Under the pieces are notes generated by a model that saw nothing but the letters and a program-made list of their open reading frames with translations, searched no databases and was not told the origin of the DNA. Positions 10,901-23,636 of a stretch of 64,000 bases of DNA are shown here, piece by piece; positions within the stretch are counted from its first letter, which is position 1; every line of letters begins with the position of its first letter. The stretch is from Takakia lepidozioides. Lineage: Eukaryota; Plantae; Bryophyta. The translations under genes were made by a program, and so were the position numbers. The stretch spans positions 33,480,001 through 33,544,000 of the forward strand of contig CM060734.1 of the NCBI GenBank assembly GCA_030704615.1, given 5' to 3'.

Positions 10901-13421
10901 TATATCCCAGTCACTGCCGTTTTTGTAACCGAAAGAGTTGTCTTCTATGAGGAAATTAATTGAGACGTGTGCTTTCTGGGCATGGCAGGCGTTACACTGT
11001 ATGGGGGCCCAAGGGCAGTGGCGTTGCTGAAGCTGCCTAAGGCCACCAGCTTCCACACTGAGTATAGTGCATTGGCTTGCACTGTCGAAGTTGTGGACGA
11101 TGTGCATGCTGCCATCAATCACATCCACGAGCATGGCAGGTGATTACGAATTTTCTGACCCTGTGGAGATCCCCCTTTCCATCTCTTTCATTTTTTATGC
11201 CCTCTGGTTTTGTGAAGAGGAACTGTGGAACTCTGTGAGTTGGAGTCTTCACCTGTATGCATGAAGTTGACCTTTACTTTTGAAGAGACAGAAATGAGTA
11301 GCGCATCCGGAGAGAAAGAGGTTGGGTTCTCTGGCACTCAACTGATTGGTGAGGGGTGTTGACAGTTCGCACACCGAGTGCATTGTGACGGAGGATATCG
11401 CTGTCGCCGAGACATTTCTGCGTGATGTAGACAGGTGCGTGCCCAGGTTTAAGGAGCAATATGACCATCTGTGACTGCTGCGAAGTTGTGCACTTGGACA
11501 GTCTGAACCCCTGCGTATTGCAAATCATTTTCTTTAAATTAGCTCAGCACGTTTGGATAATTGTATGATGGGACCTTTTCAGTTCAGGTAGAGTCATCTC
11601 GTTGGTCATTCCTCTGTGGGTTATAATCCTCTTCTAGGCAACAATTGCATAGGTTCAGAAGTCTCATCGAGGTATTGATTTAAACTTGGAATGATTTGTA
11701 TTCTCTACAATTTGGCGCCTCTGTTGGCTGCAGTGCTGCTGTCTTCCATAATGCAAGCACACGCTTCTCTGATGGAGCTCGCTTTGGGCTTGGTGCAGAG
11801 GTGCTCTCTCTTTCACAGACCACTACTTCTCCTTCCCCCTGCACATTTTTAGGCAGGGTATGCCTTAGCCAACATGTACAGGAAATGGTGGCATTGAGAG
11901 TTTTCTTTCTTTCATTCTTTCATCTCTCTCTCTCTGCCTTTGGGCCTGTTGTGGATGGAATGATAAAACTAGAAGGCCAGAATCTCTCCTACCTGTACCA
12001 TCCAGAAATACTGACAGTATGATTTCTTCTCCTCTCGTTCTGCTTACTGCAAGATTTGATGCAGATACTATTGCCTATGTAGCTTTCAGCTTTGAAGATC
12101 CGAAGTGCCTGGCAGCCAACCTGCATGAGGTGCAGGCACTTCATCTTCAGCCATCATTTGATACTACCTGAAGCGGTTTTTTGTTGTTCTACTTTGTCCC
12201 ATGGGCCCTCGGCCCCCTGTGAACATTGATGAACTTTCCTTCTTTCTTCATTTCATTTCATTTCATTTCTTTCCCTTGCTGGTTTTGCTCTACCCAATGC
12301 TTGCGTAGTCTATGAAGCCTACGACAAGCAATGTTGTATGTGAGCATCTCTCTGTGGGAAGTAAACCTCTAAATTTTTCTCTTCGTTTGTGCCTTTGTTC
12401 CACCACTTCCTAGTTTGGACCGAGATCAAAAGGTGTTTTCCCAACACCTAGAGATCTGTGAAACATTCGATTCAGAAGTGGCGCATAGAAAAATCTATAA
12501 TGAAGAGGTCAAGGCTGAGTATGTCCAGGCCTTGCAAGAGGCTCTCCCTCATTTTGTCCACTTGCTCCAAGACCAAAAGTTTGCTGGAGGATGACAGGGA
12601 ACTGTTTTTTGATTATCCTGCAGGTCGGCATAAGCACTGGTAGAGTCCATGCGCGAGGCCCAGTTGGAGTTGAAGGTCTCCTCACCATTCGATGGTACGT
12701 AACAAATGTGCCTTTTTGATAAATACGAAGAGCTAGCTGTCTTTGCTTTCAGTGCACTCATCCACCTCCAATTGGTGATCATATGCCTGTCAAATTGATA
12801 ATGGAGCATAGCACTGCAGTATGATGTTAGTGCCAGCCTGAAAGTTATTCTTCAGAGCATGTTTTTTAGACGCTCTTAGATGAATTCATTTGATTTTCTG
12901 TGAATACAGAAAATGATTAAATTATTCGACGCGCTCCAGGTGAAGAGAAGTAACCAGTATAATATTAATAGGATTAGCTTAAGGTTGGCAGTAAGTACAT
13001 TTCTCCTATTTAGTACTTTCCTGTTGCAGTTAGTGAGTGTCCAGATATACACGTAAATTGCGCATGACCTCTTCAATCCAGATTGTGTGTTAGACACAGA
13101 ATTGGGCCTAGCCAATCGAGTGTTGTGAGCCCCATGGTCGAGGCTGTCTGTAATTGTTGGTTGGAGTGTGATGGCAGGTTGCTAAGGGGCAGTGGCCAAC
13201 TGGTGGACAGTGATCACGGTGTAGTTTACCTCCACAGGGATCTACCAGTTAACACAGAAAATCGGGCTCAGAGAGCTGTTGCAAATGGAAGCCATGTCCT
13301 GAGCAATGGAAACGTCACTGCAGGTCATGAGACTGGGTTGAGCAATGGACCACACATCAAAGCTATTCCCTCCAGTAATGGGCCCATCACTAGCAATGGA
13401 GTTCCATCTGCTGTACAGTAA
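1683..13421 (+). CDS. P5CS: Delta-1-pyrroline-5-carboxylate synthase (bifunctional gamma-glutamyl kinase / gamma-glutamyl phosphate reductase), 20 exons, ~768 aa
   Basis: GT-AG exons read by hand: 1683-1733, 2241-2312, 3039-3142, 3855-3957, 4529-4690, 4896-5173, 5498-5648, 5863-6027, 6396-6473, 7767-7856, 8408-8494, 8887-8973, 9136-9232, 10156-10259, 10788-10863, 10989-11139, 11366-11434, 11734-11800, 12624-12694, 13178-13421 (sum 2307 nt, in frame). Motifs: [83 protein letters not shown] (catalytic Cys), [26 protein letters not shown]. Confidence 0.97.
1926..1976. repeat. (GT)n(GA)n compound microsatellite in P5CS intron 1
   Basis: gtgtgtgt...gagagagag run seen directly. Confidence 0.9.
3135..3387 (+). 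repeat. Tandem duplication (~125 bp x2) spanning the P5CS exon 3 donor
   Basis: aatagcaggtgtggttttgtga...attatgaaataaattcaytaactatcctct at ~3135-3257 and ~3260-3387. Confidence 0.9.
6605..7607 (-). mobile_element. 5'-truncated non-LTR retrotransposon (LINE) in P5CS intron 9, antisense; RT C-terminus plus CCHC zinc finger
   Basis: Open 329-aa ORF 6611-7600(-) with [11 protein letters not shown] (end of RT/thumb) and CPLC...HFLIHC zinc finger. 14-bp target-site duplication TGAAGACAGAGAGA at 6591-6604 and 7608-7621. Confidence 0.9.
9416..10085. repeat. Tandem repeat, 3 copies of ~215-230 bp, in P5CS intron 13
   Basis: Units start at ~9416, ~9630 and ~9861 (tattatggc...tgataggtgtaaacctatcacc...ggggattatacccccaaag...acagaagtgcaggttgtctgtgcct). 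Confidence 0.92.
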
Positions 13422-14558
13422 AAGTCCATTGTTTGAAGAGTAGGTGAGAAAGTGTTTTGGGGGATACTAGACTGACGTATTTGTCTGTCTTGTTCCGTTT
13501 TGGGGCTGGTTTAGAGATTCCTTCTTCTAAGTGGGAAGCATGACTTTTGCCTCCCTATTATTCATTGGAGATTCGACACACCGGGATCAAAGGGCTGCTG
13601 TTAAGAACAATCAAACATCTGCCAAATTGTACCATTTCCTGTCAGATTTTTTCTAAGTAGGTCTGCCCCAAGCTTTTTGAGAGAGCTTGTAGTGCTAATA
13701 TGCGAACTCGAGTGACAGAGACCTCGTAAGATCGTTAGTGTGAATAGTGACTGCACAGCGAGGGCTCATGTCATGCAGGGCTCAATGCAGCCTTAAATAA
13801 TCAGTAACAACCCTGTCATTGGTCTCAATTTTTTGCTTACTACCATGAGTCTTCAGGCAAGTCACTTCTCCCGTCCTTTTTTATTCCTATATAAACAACT
13901 ATGAGAGGTCATAAAATCTGAAGATTTTTGTGCAGCTGCATACATGTTAGCCCTTCGTCTTTGTTTCCAGAGAGAAGTTGTAGCCCAATTGTAAAGCATG
14001 TGCCGAGCATGTGAGTAGTACCAGGATTTTGATATCTGTCTATGTCGGGGGCTGTCCCAGCTTGTGAATGGCTTCCATTGGGATGGGCTCATTGCTGCTT
14101 AATGTATCTGACAACCAGTTAAACCCATTCGTCATTTGAGGGGGATGGGGTGTACATTGGAAAGAGGCCCTAAGCAGTCTCCTGGCCAAAACCCATCCAG
14201 TTTTGCTTGGACTCTCTTGCAAGTAGGTTGGTGATGTGCATGATGGTTTGTGCAGATTTAGATTGCTGGTGCATATGGTAAGGGTTTAGTCAACAGCATG
14301 CGCACACGGCTTGAACTTGTATAATGCAGATTACATACATTTTCATGTTGTGAGGCAATATGTCGAGCTCTCTAGATGAGCAAGGCCTGCCCTACAAGGT
14401 CTGGCTCATCCCATCTTACTCATAATATACAAACAAAATTGGGATGCATACAGTCTAAAAACAAACCGTACACATTTCTTTGGATATACACTTTGTAAAG
14501 ATTGTCCGAGACATTTTATGAACAGTGGATGGAGAAAATCCCCATTGGGCTTCTCAAC

Positions 14559-14916
14559 CTGTGTTGGGCGGGTATTAGAGTCATCGGGATGTCAAAAGCA
14601 GGATATCAACCTGGGTATAAATGTATCCAGACCTGGAACCGGCATTTTTTAGTATCCGGGATAGATGCATTTATCGACGGATATGAAAATACGAAAATAA
14701 TAATAATCCTATACCGGTGTAATACACGGCAGATATCCGGCCAAAATCCGTCAATACCTGGCGGATCTCAGCCCTAAACCTAATAACTGTATGCATACCC
14801 AGATATGCTGTTGGTCATGTTGGTAATGCCCGGAACCGGCGGATATCTAAAACCAAAAGTTTTTAATATTCGGAACCGGCGTATATGAAAAAAAGGTGTA
14901 GATCCGCCCAACACTA
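14559..14916. mobile_element. Non-autonomous TIR element (MITE), hAT-like
   Basis: TIR gtgttgggcgg (14561-14571) / ccgcccaacac (14904-14914). Flanks ttctcaac / ttctccaa resemble a decayed 8-bp TSD. Internal ggaaccggc and atatcc repeats. Confidence 0.7.
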
Positions 14917-15886
14917 TTCTCCAACCACCCCATTGATAGCAATGCCCCCATCCCTTGGCCTTCTCTAGTGGACAAGGACAAGGCTGAGATCAACTAGAAT
15001 CACAAAAAGAACCGAGAATCCAAGGTGAATGAGCACCTCAATTTTGAACAACTCTGTCGCAAGCGCTGAAATTCAGATTGGTTGTGATAGCCCCATGGTC
15101 TCCTGTGAAGTTATGTTCAACTTTGGCTCCCCAAGCTTGGCTGTGGCATCCCAAGCAACATGATGGCTCCTCTCCCACTCATTGTAGTGACTCTTGTTGC
15201 AGGGCTATGTTAGGATATAGCAATACGGGGAGTCACTCCGGAGTCTCTTGGCTCAATCAACTAACCTCTAGTCCCCCTTTTTCTCCCCTACTGTAACACA
15301 CTTTAGGTGCCCGACAACGATAATCTCGCAGCTCTTCCTCAAGCTTCATCTAGCTTGCCTTCTTCAGGGGTTACAAGTCATCTCCCATTCATCCTCCTCA
15401 TTTCATATTCTTGGCATGTGATCAATGGATCACACAGGACCGTACTCTGGTTACTCCGTTTGATTGTCTATTTGCTCTCTACATTTCTTATAAGCTTGGA
15501 CGGTTTGGGTGTTACCCAATCCCTATGATGTACCTGCTTTACAGGAATGCTAGAGTGCGAGCCTAAAGACATCATGAGCAGGTTTTTGTTCACAATCTCA
15601 AGGTCGCTATGACAGCTGGGGGCCCATAACCATGGAGAGAAGATCTAATGTGACAACGACATGGAAACAAGTAGGGTGGTCATACTTTTTAGATTACGGA
15701 ACTTGAGGGCTATAATCTTGCTGTCTACCAAAATCCAATCAGATACGGATCCAAGAAGATATGGCTATTTGAAAAACAAGGTGCAACCCAAAACGGGTCA
15801 ACCCCGCGTTTAGGGGTTAAGCGACAAACCAAGAAGTGAAGACATTGACAAAACATGTGTAATTTTCGTGTATTGCACGACAAATA

Positions 15887-16164
15887 TGTTGGATTCGTAA
15901 ACTAAAACAAATCGGCGAGCAGAGCACATGAGACTCATTCCTATAAGTACTAAGAGGACCCAGTTGGCCCAAGGGGCTGGTCTAAGGCTTGCCCTCGATC
16001 CTGAACTAATAGGTGGGGCGTCACTACCTCATAATGAGCACATCTACACAAAACAAAATAAAACAAGTGTAACTGCTAATCATGATAAGATAACCTATTA
16101 GTAACAACTCCAACCATACTAAATAATAAGTGCTGAGACACGTAGAGTGTGGGTAGTTCCAACA
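15887..16164 (-). repeat. 3' LTR of copia element
   Basis: tgttggattcgta...ttccaaca; diverged match to 20082-20347. Confidence 0.88.
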
Positions 16165-19100
16165 CCTCTTCTTACTCTTATGTTCTCATCACAATGTCAG
16201 AGATTCCATTAGCTTAAAGAAAGAGTATTTCTTTGGCCATGGGGAGGGTAACAACATTCTCTGTTCCTTCTTAAGTATGCATTTAAAGTTAAGGTGTTAA
16301 GTCAACGCTTAGCTGAGAAGCTCTCAATCAAGAAGTCTTCTTGGTATTCCAAAAGTGACGTGATTGACATTGACAAGAGTTGATACAGAGGGACGGATGC
16401 CTCCTCTTGATCGAATTCTCTGCTCTTTTCTCCTATCAATAAACTCGTATTCACTTATTTCAAATGCTGCAAACTGGATCGCGAACACACACTTAACCGA
16501 AACCTAAGTTTCTGAAATTGTCTTTCCAAGAGGTTTGACTAGTATGTCTGTGATCTATTCTGCAGTGGGAACATGAGTAAGATCAACCTCCAAAGATTTT
16601 ACCAGCTTCTCCCTCATGAAATGGTGTTGCACCTCGATATGTTTGTTCGGACATGGAAGATCGGGTTCTTTGCCATTTTGATGCTACTCATGGTATCACA
16701 CCAAAGCTTCACTAGAGTGTTCTTTGTCATCTGCAGTTCAAGGGTCAATCTGTTAAGCCAAATTTCTTCCTTCGTTCCCTCCGTTAGAGCTTGGTATTCA
16801 GCCTCGGTAGATGAGCATGCAACAGTTGCTTGTCACTCGCCCATGTAATTGGTCCATTGCCCAAGTCAAAACGTAGCCTGTTGTGGACCTTTTGGTGTCA
16901 GAATCTCCAGCCCACTCAGCGTCTGTAAACCCTATTCATGATCTTCGTTTCTCATTTTTTTTCGTAAAACAACACAAATTCTACTGTACCATTGAGGTAT
17001 CTAAGAACATGCTTGGTTGCATCCATATGAGGCTCTTGGGGGGCTGTCATGAAACGACTGATCACTCCTATCGCAAAAGCAATATTTAGGCCTGGTGTTT
17101 GTAAGATAAATTAGCTTTCCTACCATGGTCTGATAGAGGAGTGTGGTAGCGGGAGCTGCCCCCATCTCAGCTACCAATTTTAGTGGCTCTAGCATAGGTG
17201 TTGAGGCTGGATTACAGTTTGACGTGCCAAACTGTTCCAATAGCTACAATACATAGACTCTCTACATCATAAAGATTCCACTATCAAAATAAATAAATAC
17301 AATGCGGAGATAGTGATTCATGAGGCCTAATATGTTTGTCATGTCAAACCTTTTGCTTAGCTGTGTTTGTATCCACTCGATTTTCTTAGCATGGTCTCTA
17401 GTAATGGGAATGTTGTCTACATATAAGACAATAATCATAATCTTTCCATTTCGTACCATTCACGGGGAGCTTGCTTCAATCCATAGAGTGCATTATTGAG
17501 TCTGCATACCTTGCTCTCTTTTCCTTGGACAATGAAACCTTATGGCTGCAGCATATAGGCCAACTGTTTTAGGTGACCGTTGAGAAATGGTGTTTTAACA
17601 TCCATGTGATACATGGGCCAGTTTCGTTGAGCTGCAAGGGCCACTAGAGCTCTCAAAGTGCTCCACTTGGCTACTAGGACAAAGTTTCCTCGTAGTCCAC
17701 TCCTTGACGTTGCTCAAATCCATGAGCCACCAACCGAGTTTTATAGATTGGTTGAGCTTCACCTAAGCCTTATTTCAACTTATAAACCCATTTTGCACTA
17801 ATGGGCTTCGTTCCCTTTGGAAGGTCTACCAGATCACATGTAGATTTTCGGTCAAAATTGCGCATTTCCTCGATCATAGCAGAGATCCAAGCTGGGTCCT
17901 TGCATGCCTATTCAAAAATTACATGTTCCTCAGAAGTGGTGACTGCATGAGCCGAGGCTTTGTGATTCCAGTGATGATATAATCCTTGTGCCAGTTGGGT
18001 GCATGTCTTTCACGAGTACTTCGAAGTGCTTCAATCTTGAGCCCAGTTTCGTGCTCAGTAAGAGCCTTGAATCTCCGGAAGACTATCAGAGTTGCCTCAC
18101 ATTTCATGCTGTAAAATAAATCCAGCTGGTTTATCTAGAGAAGTCATATGTGAAGGTAAGAAAGTACCTAGACCCCTTGAAAGATTTGTGGCTAGGGGGC
18201 CACATATATCAGAGTGAAGGAGTTCTAAAGGTCTGCTTGCTCTATTTTCACTTTTATTTGGAAATTCTCTCTGCATTGCTTGCCAAATTGGCAAACCGTC
18301 ACATACACAGGTAATGAGAGATAGATAGGGATTTTTTTTTTGTCACATTTTGGTTGGACAAGTGGCCATGAAGACTTGGATAATATAGGTGCCCCAGTGT
18401 ATTGTGCGTGCACAAATGTTCATCAACCTTTCCTTCAACTAGAGTGAATTCTATTCCTAGTAGTTTTGGAGGTTTCTTTCCCGGGTCAATGTCGAGTACA
18501 TACAAACCTAACTTTCATCTTCTAGATCCTCTAGCAATAAATTGCGATTTTTTACTTAAATGGTGAGTAGAAGGCACTTGCTACTATCAAATAGAACAAC
18601 AAGATTCTTACCGACTAAAGCACCTACAATTAGTAAGTTCTTAGTCAGACCTAGTACGTAGAGAACATCAGCAAAATCCTTTATTTCTCTAGAATTGCCA
18701 CAAAAGGCTAGTCATAGTGCTAGTTCCTTGGACTTTGTAGGCACTCCCCCAGTTGTGGCCACATTGTAAGACTTGGTGGAGGGTTTGATTTGATCTAGCA
18801 GAGCTGGGCTGCCCGTAACATGCTTGGATGCTTCGGAGTTGATGATCCAAGAGGGGTCGTCTGTCTCTATTGCCAGAGCTGTGAGTGCTTCCTCAAAAAC
18901 CTCTAAAACTAGGCCCTCAACTTCCTCAGTGTCTTCTGCACTAGGATCTATCTCATGCGTGTCACACGTTGTGAAATGAGACTCATAGGGACGAGTCGAC
19001 CCTACCCAGTTGTAATGAGTACACTCACGGGCCCAGTGGCATGTCTTGCCGCATTTGTGATAGACGTCAGCCTTTTTGGATGACCCGTAGCTGTCCTCAT

Positions 19101-20081
19101 ATGCTCGTTTGGCATTGAAGTGGCCATGATGTTTGCGCTGTTTTAACAGCTTCCGGAAATGCACTATGATGGCATCCTCCCAGTCATTCCTCTTGGTTCG
19201 GTTGATCATCCTTGCTTCTTCCAAGAGCATGTGGCCAGTTAGTTCTTCCAAAGAAGGAAGCTCCTTCTCACTGCAAGAAGTGGCTCGGATGAATCCATTG
19301 TAGCTGTTCAGGAGGTGTTGATGACATGCTCCACCACCATGCAATTGTCGGGTGCTTCATCTGCAGCCATGAGATCGTTCAACAATTCTCTTACATGTCT
19401 CATGAAATGAACAACTGAACTGCCTTCAGACATCTTGAGGTTAGTGAAGTGGTGTCTCACAGTCAGCCATTTGGGCTTTGTTCTTGACATCTTTGTGATC
19501 AGGACCTCCCAACATTCATTTGGACCATTGCAGTTCATGATGAACAGGACAATCCGATCCCTAACAGACAATATTAGGATCGCAAAGGTCTTCCTCAATC
19601 TAGTTCTCATGGAGTCCGGTCCTGTACTGACCAATGAGATTTCGCTCAGAGTATCGAGGTTCATGATTTCCCCCAATGTGCTTGTTGGAGATGTGACAAT
19701 ATCCCATAAGTCTTGACTCTCTAGGATACTTTGGATCCTGAACTTCCACATATTATATAAGTTTGAGGCTCCCTCAAGTTTGTAACAATCAGAGAGAAAT
19801 TGCTTAATTCCAGGCATACTGTAAGACTCATCATGTGACACAAGAAACAAACAAGAAGAAAATGTGATAACTCACAGCAGTGGGTAAGGTTGCATTCCCT
19901 TTACGACAAAAAGAACTGATGCACTCACCACTAGCCTTAAACCTAAGCACCTGCACTAGCTACTAACTCTATACCACTAGTCAAGGTGGGCCCTTACTTC
20001 GACTACTAACTGTAGAGTATCGAATTGGCTATCCAGAAGACCTCAACCGCTAACCTTATAGCGTTAGGCGTTGTGATACCA

Positions 20082-20347
20082 TGTTGGATTCGTAGACTAA
20101 AGCAAATCAGCGAGTAGAGCATAAGAGGTTCCTATAAATATTGAGAGGGACCCAGTCGGCCCAAGGGGTTGGTCTAAGGCTTGACCGTGAACTAACAAGT
20201 GGGGTCCTACTACCTGATAATGAGCACATCTACACAAGACAAAAACAAACAAGTGTAACTGCTAATGATAAGAGAAGTTATTAGTACCAACTCTAGCCAT
20301 ACCAAATAATAAGTACTGAGATATGTAGAGTGTAGAAAATTCCAACA
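20082..20347 (-). repeat. 5' LTR of copia element
   Basis: tgttggattcgta...ttccaaca, preceded on + by tgatacca (PBS complement). Confidence 0.88.
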
Positions 20348-20476
20348 GAATAGAGTAAAAAACTCATACAGAGGAAGACGAGGATCCACTGCTACTCCAA
20401 TAGCTTTAGTTTGAAACAGAAGCACTATTATCTATGAAGATGGTAGCCTTGCAATGGAAACCTGCACGTCCATCAT

Positions 20477-21794
20477 GGGGATTGCTAAAGCGTGAGCAGA
20501 AAATTCCGTGAGCAGATTTCTGCTCACGCTTTAGGATCTGCTCACCTATAACCGCGGACACCTATTCGGCTTAGAGGACCTATTACTGCGGGTAGTGTCC
20601 AGTATAACATGCATACCAATTCATCGTTATGGATGAATGACGGATGAATGATGGATGAATGGCCGATGAATTTCTGTTGGACGAATGACACTGGATGAAT
20701 GTAGTTTGTGGATGAATGGAAAATTAAAAAGCATTTTTTAGTAGTGGTTGCCGAATCCCCCGAGCTCCAGAGTGAACCTGTGCTAACTGAGGAGGGTTGT
20801 GGTTGTCCTTTTACCAGGATCCTAAGTCGAGAGAGATGCTCACACCCAATTGCAAAGAAGGTGGAGAGGCCATTTGGTGCTTTAATAAAAATCGTTTGAA
20901 AACAGTCGATTCATTCCGATGAAGAATATCCACTGCTACTGGAGTCAGTGTGTAAAACGAAGGCACAACTGTCTATGAAGACACTAGCCCTGCTTTGCAG
21001 AAAACCATCTCTGTCATAAAGCACAAGAGGGGGAGATGAGATAAGACTAAATTGCCCGCTGCAGCCTCCGCATAACATGACAACTCAAAATCTGTTTGCA
21101 AGTTTTCCAAAAAAAAAAGCAAAACAAAAAAAAGTCCGATTTTTATTTATTTATTTCCCCGAATGTGCTAGATTAAGGTGTCGTCATCAACGACACCTTA
21201 ATGCTGGGTAAACTCCAGATCTTTTGCTTGCAAAGCAGGGGTCGGATTCATTTGCAAGTTTTCTTTCCCTCCCCCCCCCCGCCCCCCCCAATGTGCCAGA
21301 TTAACGATACCTTAATCTGGCTGCGCTTCTGGTGTGTTATTTGGGGTGAATGACATCTACAAATTACTTGGACTACATAACTTATGATTCGTTGTCATGT
21401 CCCAACAGGGCTGGGAATTAAGATGTCGTTGACGACACCTTAATCTGCTTCCCTTCACAAAATAGATGTTGTTGCAATCATCCACAGTTCAATTATCTGG
21501 GCAGTTTTTCATCCGCCACTCATCCAACGTTCATCCATTCCCTTTTACATCCATCCCAAATACATTCATCCGTAAATTTTTCACATTCGTGCCACATTGT
21601 CGTCATGGAGCCTGTCTGTCTCCGGTCCGATAGAGAGGAGATTGTGTCGTTGCAGTGGAGTTTGCGTCCACGGCAATAGGCCCACTTGTTCCCTCGGTTC
21701 TAGGGTCCGCATCAATAATCTGCTCACGCTTCAGGGAACCTGCTCACGCACAAAGGAATCTACTCACGGGTTCTGCTCACGCCTTTGCTGCCCT
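20477..21794. mobile_element. Non-autonomous TIR element with ~10-bp TSD (Mutator-like length) and GTGAGCAG subterminal repeats
   Basis: CGTCCATCAT at 20467-20476 and 21795-21804. Imperfect TIRs carry repeated GTGAGCAG/CTGCTCAC. Inner inverted arrays GGATGAA (20631-20720) / TTCATCC (21506-21572). Confidence 0.7.
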
Positions 21795-23368
21795 CGTCCA
21801 TCATGGAGGACCTTTGCTAGTGGGGATGGAAGGAGACTGAACTTCCTAGCAGTTACATAAAGAAATGGACATTCCGCAAGAAATGATGGGGAGTTTGCAA
21901 TACATGGCATACAACTTGCAATATCCATGTAGTACAAACAGTTGTGATGCAAACCGAGCAACCTGCATGACTCATGTTTAGACTTACTCACAAAGAAAAC
22001 TCAATGTCCATATCATGAATCGACGAGGACTTGGGAATGACGTTTGTGTCTCTTTGAGTCACCGAAGAGGATCCCTCTAAAAAGTAGCATACATGCGGAC
22101 ATAACATTTCTCATAGCACATATTTGCAGATGTACACTCTTCAACTTCCCCATCATTGGCTTCACGTCAGGGAACATGTCTACTTCTTCTGCTGCCATTT
22201 ACTTGTCCCTGCACCCTATTTGTTTCCATGTCATTGTCGCATTAGGTGCTATGTAGGTCTTCTCTCCCCCAGCTGTCACAGCTAGCAAGCTTGAGATCGT
22301 GAGCAAAAACCTGCTCATGATTTCTCAGGCTTGCGTTCTAGCATTCCTGCTTTAGGGTCAATTGACACCATAAACTACATGGAGGCTTGCTTCGGCAACG
22401 CCTTCAACATACATCTATTACTGCGATCTTATTTACAAAGACGCACTTCCCGAATACAAATTTTATCTTCCTCAAAGTTTAAAGACCCACTTGAGCAAGA
22501 GATTATAAGTCTTATTAGCTTTGATGGTGTGTGGCATAAAAACTAAAGTCAGAATGTACTTGATGTTTTGATTTTGGGACTAAGAAATATTGGATAAATC
22601 ATAAAAATATCAAGATGACAAAAGTGAATGATAGATGGATGGGTGGATTACTGAGTAGGGAGTCGATCTTCCACCAATAATTCACCATCTACAGCATTAC
22701 GGGCTTGTATTGAATTGAGAAATTATGATAGTCATCGATACCCCACCTTCCAAAGGGAAGACAATAGCCCTTCAAAGTTAGGTGACACCACAAATTACGG
22801 TTGTTTCATTACAAGAAATAAAGACTTTGGCCACTAATAGCCGTGTAACTAATACCCACATTACCTTGCGGTTATTGCCCCTTGTTGGGCTCCACATCCA
22901 ATATATACCTATGTAGCTTTGAACCCGTGATCAGTTGCATTGTGCCCTAACCAATGGGCCCTCTAATAGATGTTGGTTGCTTTGATATACTTCCAGCTGA
23001 TGACTGTCGCTCAATACATGTCCAAGTCCAACCCATCTGCATGCTAGGCATCAAGCCCAATCTGGTAGTGCAGCCTGTTTTGTCAACCTCAAACACTTCT
23101 TCCACATCTCGTATATCCACATCATTCTTTCTTTTCTTTCTTGTGGATACCTTCTTATGGGCATAACTACACGTGTGGTTGCCTAAATCTCCCCTAAAGA
23201 CTCAAAGTCTCTGAGTACATAACACACATTAGGTTATATCCGGTTTATACAACTGTCATTTTATTAGCTAAAAGTTATAGGTGACATCCAATATACACCT
23301 ATGTAGATTTGAATCCGAAAATGGACATTGGACATTTGTACTTGTGGGTGTTCTGAATATCTTGTCTT

Positions 23369-23465
23369 AGAGAGAGAAGACTCCGGCCGAGGCCCGCATA
23401 ACTAAGAGCCACTTCGCCTTACTGCTACTACTGCCCCTTTCAGGGGTGGGCCCTTTACAATTTAC
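23369..23465 (-). mobile_element. Short structured retroposon (SINE-like / LINE 3' end), family copy with TSD
   Basis: 13-bp TSD AATATCTTGTCTT (23356-23368, 23466-23478). Homologous to 36471-36546, 22821-22893 and 36362-36391. Confidence 0.75.
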
Positions 23466-23636
23466 AATATCTTGTCTTGCGATACAAAATGTTTAATGTG
23501 AACCCCTAATGGATTAAGATGTTTGCTAATCATATGGATGTCCGAATATGCCACCATGATTTTAGAGCAAGAATTAAGTTAAAGAGAAAAAGTCTCTAAA
23601 AGATTAAACTAATATTTGGGACCGTGTAATTAGAAA

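Larger units (their letters stand above)
15887..20347 (-). mobile_element. Degenerate Ty1/copia LTR retrotransposon
   Basis: TG...CA LTRs at 15887-16164 and 20082-20347. PBS TGGTATCA (tRNA-iMet type) next to the 5' LTR. Flanks aaata/gaata. Minus-strand gag (19308-19850), zinc knuckle HKCGKTCHWAREC, protease WIINSEASKHVT, integrase LELLHSDICGP, RT LYVDNI / YQTMVGKLIYLTNTRP, and RNase H. Many stops and frameshifts; integrase internally deleted. Confidence 0.93.
15542..22349 (-). mobile_element. Decayed TIR DNA transposon (hAT-like) hosting nested insertions
   Basis: ~100-bp inverted repeats at 15542-15645 and 22255-22349 (CAGGAATGCTAG...CTAGCATTCCTG), with CTTTA directly repeated on both flanks. 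Minus-strand protein scraps (AIGVAVDPR near 20380; 22013-22198) are reminiscent of hAT transposase. Confidence 0.6.

Noticed and set aside
13448-13468. miR395-like sequence in the P5CS 3' UTR
   Set aside because: Only partial sense-strand similarity, with no fold-back partner; likely chance.
23369-23465. Hammerhead or HDV ribozyme call for the short retroposon
   Set aside because: The three-way topology and GAA resemble a hammerhead, but CUGANGA and the A-U/UH cleavage core are absent. The HDV nested pseudoknot could not be built.
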